From: Candidatus Latescibacterota bacterium
GTDB lineage: Bacteria; Latescibacterota; UBA2968; UBA8231
Length of the DNA: 64,000 nucleotides
NCBI GenBank assembly: GCA_965223905.1
Contig: CBDCXV010000010.1
Location: 1,568,001-1,632,000, forward strand
Reading direction: 5' to 3'
Shown here: positions 62,041 to 64,000 of the stretch, piece after piece
How positions within the stretch are numbered: position 1 is the first letter of the stretch
Layout: every line of letters starts with the position of its first letter
Notes under the pieces: model-generated
Seen by the model: only the letters and a program-made list of their open reading frames with translations
Databases searched by the model: none
What the model was told of the DNA's origin: nothing
Translations under genes and position numbers: made by a program

Positions 62041-63717
62041 TCAGTGACGCGAGCCGATAGTTTTCTGCATCCGGAATCCGTGCGCCGAGAACTGCTGAAC
62101 TAACAGCCCTTTCCTGCCACCACGGACGTTGACGGCCTGCTCGACTACAGCGGCTTTGGTGTTCGCCCCGTGCCAAATCTCTTCGATGGCGTTCGACGGC
62201 AAGTCGATCACCCCTATGGGCCAGTCATTCCTGTCCAGGGATCCTACGTCGCGCGTTTTGTCAGCATCAACCAGCAGCCGCACCTCCGACTCGTACTCCC
62301 ATGACATACCTTTGACCAACAGTAGGCGCGATAGGGACTTCCAGTCCGTCCCGAATGTTGCAAGATCGACGGTTGATTGAATCGAAGTGCCAGCCCGTTC
62401 TTCGCCCGCCCTCAAACGACGGTCCATCTCCTCGCGGTTGGCTAGGTCCAAGCGAATCGTATCGTCCTTCAAGGGTTGGTAGTTCGGTGCCATCTCAGAG
62501 TACATCACCGGCCTCAATTCGTAGCCTAGCGATCTCAGCGCGTCTGTGCTGTACCCGGCGACTATGCCGGTGTTGCGCGCATAGTGCGCCCACATTGTCG
62601 GAACTAGTGGGTCCGTGCTTAACGACACGACTCCAACCAAGTCGTTCAGGAATGCCTGAATGAAAGGCGACAGCCTCGGACTGCCGTGTCGTCGGGCTTC
62701 CACCAAGAGGTCGTACCAAGGCAGTTCAACGTCCAGGTGCGACTTCAGTTTTTTCTGCAATAGCCGAAGGAAGTTTAGCGTGTCATGGTCGCCTCTTCCG
62801 ATCGTCTCGACATTGCATTCCATGATGTCGTTCAACGCGAGCATTTGGGTGGCGCGTAGGCTTTTGGGCGCTCCCTTGTACACGAGTTCCGCAGGGATGT
62901 ACTTGTAGACAATGCCGGGTATTTCGACGTCTCCCCATAGCCACTCCTGTAGGCAATCTTGTGACTGGTATAGCTGAAGCCAATGCGTAGCCAGCTGGCT
63001 GGCTCTAGCTCCCACGCCGCTTGCCTGAGACATAGCCGACACCACGCTTGAAAGGGTCATCTGGATGACCTTCTCGCTGTACGCGTGGTGGCGTTTGTGT
63101 ATGGAGCAGTAGATGCCCTGATCGGCCAACGGGCGGACCGCGGATCGAGCGGGCCTCAACGGCTCGGCAGGCACGTGCAGCAAATCCAGGCCGGGGTTCG
63201 GCGATATGAGGACTGCACCCTCTGGAGGTGGTGGCATGCGAGTCGCTTTGTCCTTTTGCTGTCTATCTGTGTCGCGAATGGCGGTCTCCAACCACTCGAC
63301 GTCGTATTGATAGTGGGCGTTCTTCGATTTGCTGGCACGCCTGTCAGACTCCTTGTGCAGGCCGAAGTCGGCGCAGTACATGAGGTCCAACCTGCCACGA
63401 GAGCCATGGCAGTCGCAGCCATCCGAAAGTGTTTCGCACCACGGATACGGCTCCCCATCGACACGGTAGTCGTCGTGGTCCCAGCCAGCAGGAAGCTGGT
63501 CTACTATGGAGGACCAGTTGGCTAGATTGTCTGCCAGAACAGATGGCTTGAACGGTGTCCCGGGCTTGTGTTCGTCTAGACGCATGCCAATTTGGAGAGT
63601 TAGTCGTGTATGGAAGATCTCGACCAATCGGTCCGGTGACTGAAACGACGCCTGTATCTTCATCCATACACGAGAGTTGCGGATAACCGCTTCGTAGAGG
63701 TGACTGCGCTCTGTCAT
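62041..63717 (-). CDS. DUF2971-domain protein (C-terminal part); the N-terminal part may be a fused fragment, with an alternative start at 63060
   Basis: SLS....PTMWAHYA..G and K..SWEYESEVR motifs. Confidence 0.65.
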   Translation of the reverse strand: MTERSHLYEAVIRNSRVWMKIQASFQSPDRLVEIFHTRLTLQIGMRLDEHKPGTPFKPSVLADNLANWSSIVDQLPAGWDHDDYRVDGEPYPWCETLSDGCDCHGSRGRLDLMYCADFGLHKESDRRASKSKNAHYQYDVEWLETAIRDTDRQQKDKATRMPPPPEGAVLISPNPGLDLLHVPAEPLRPARSAVRPLADQGIYCSIHKRHHAYSEKVIQMTLSSVVSAMSQASGVGARASQLATHWLQLYQSQDCLQEWLWGDVEIPGIVYKYIPAELVYKGAPKSLRATQMLALNDIMECNVETIGRGDHDTLNFLRLLQKKLKSHLDVELPWYDLLVEARRHGSPRLSPFIQAFLNDLVGVVSLSTDPLVPTMWAHYARNTGIVAGYSTDALRSLGYELRPVMYSEMAPNYQPLKDDTIRLDLANREEMDRRLRAGEERAGTSIQSTVDLATFGTDWKSLSRLLLVKGMSWEYESEVRLLVDADKTRDVGSLDRNDWPIGVIDLPSNAIEEIWHGANTKAAVVEQAVNVRGGRKGLLVQQFSAHGFRMQKTIGSRH

Positions 63718-63823
63718 TCTTGCGTTTCCCTAAACGGTCGTGCCAAAGCTACGACGTGCCATTCGGTGCTGTCAGTTCTCACACGAGCTCGGCGGGATTT
63801 GAAATGTCTGCGCGGCGAAGGCG

Positions 63824-63898
63824 TTCCTCCGACATCAGCGAATGCGCAGCCTGTGGCGGGCGCCTGCGGATCGTCGCCGCCTGACCTGCCTTTTCGAC
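63824..63898 (+). mobile_element. ISCR/IS91-like remnant 7 (short, internally deleted)
   Basis: TTCCTCCGAC.TCAGCGAATGCGC..CTGTGGCGG.CGCCTGCGGATCGTCGCCGCCTGACC. Confidence 0.8.
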
Positions 63899-64000
63899 AC
63901 CGCGACAGATTGGTAAGGTTACACTGTACGGCCTCGAACGACAGGCCGAAATTACTCCGCTTAACAGCATGTCAAAATGATCAGGGTAGCAGTCAGCGCC

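Overview
GC-rich bacterial window. The gene content (DUF6785-type membrane proteins, FlgD-Ig and WD40 secreted proteins, many PhyH, Gfo/Idh/MocA, aldolase and dehydratase genes) suggests a Latescibacterota/Poribacteria-like, possibly sponge-associated organism; this is inference. Bases 1-28,400 are mostly intact sugar-acid/organic-acid catabolism and housekeeping genes (nadK, prpD, rhaM, uxuA, EndoIII-like), interrupted by small TA modules and two AAA+/DUF4143-type genes. From about 28.5 kb to the end the DNA is a patchwork of unrelated, often truncated or frameshifted gene pieces and defence/TA cargo (GmrSD, Sir2-like, DUF2971, HEPN, nucleotidyltransferase TA). Seven co-oriented remnants of one ISCR/IS91-like rolling-circle element punctuate this patchwork; where flanks are identifiable they do not rejoin. 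Main discovery: an IS110 element (60654-61943) sits exactly in the CT core of the ISCR-like oriIS end (ATTTTAC-CT-ATAC). Its 5' non-coding region contains a readable bridge-RNA-like structure whose target loop matches that oriIS and whose donor loop matches its own ends. A second, truncated copy of the same IS110 end occupies the same position in another oriIS. Other signals: a 125-bp gene-end duplication around a VapBC module, a 23-bp-period repeat array upstream of a DUF4143 ATPase, a 16-17-bp target duplication around an IS3, attC-like remnants, a decayed tRNA-like sequence and a six-Cys secreted peptide.
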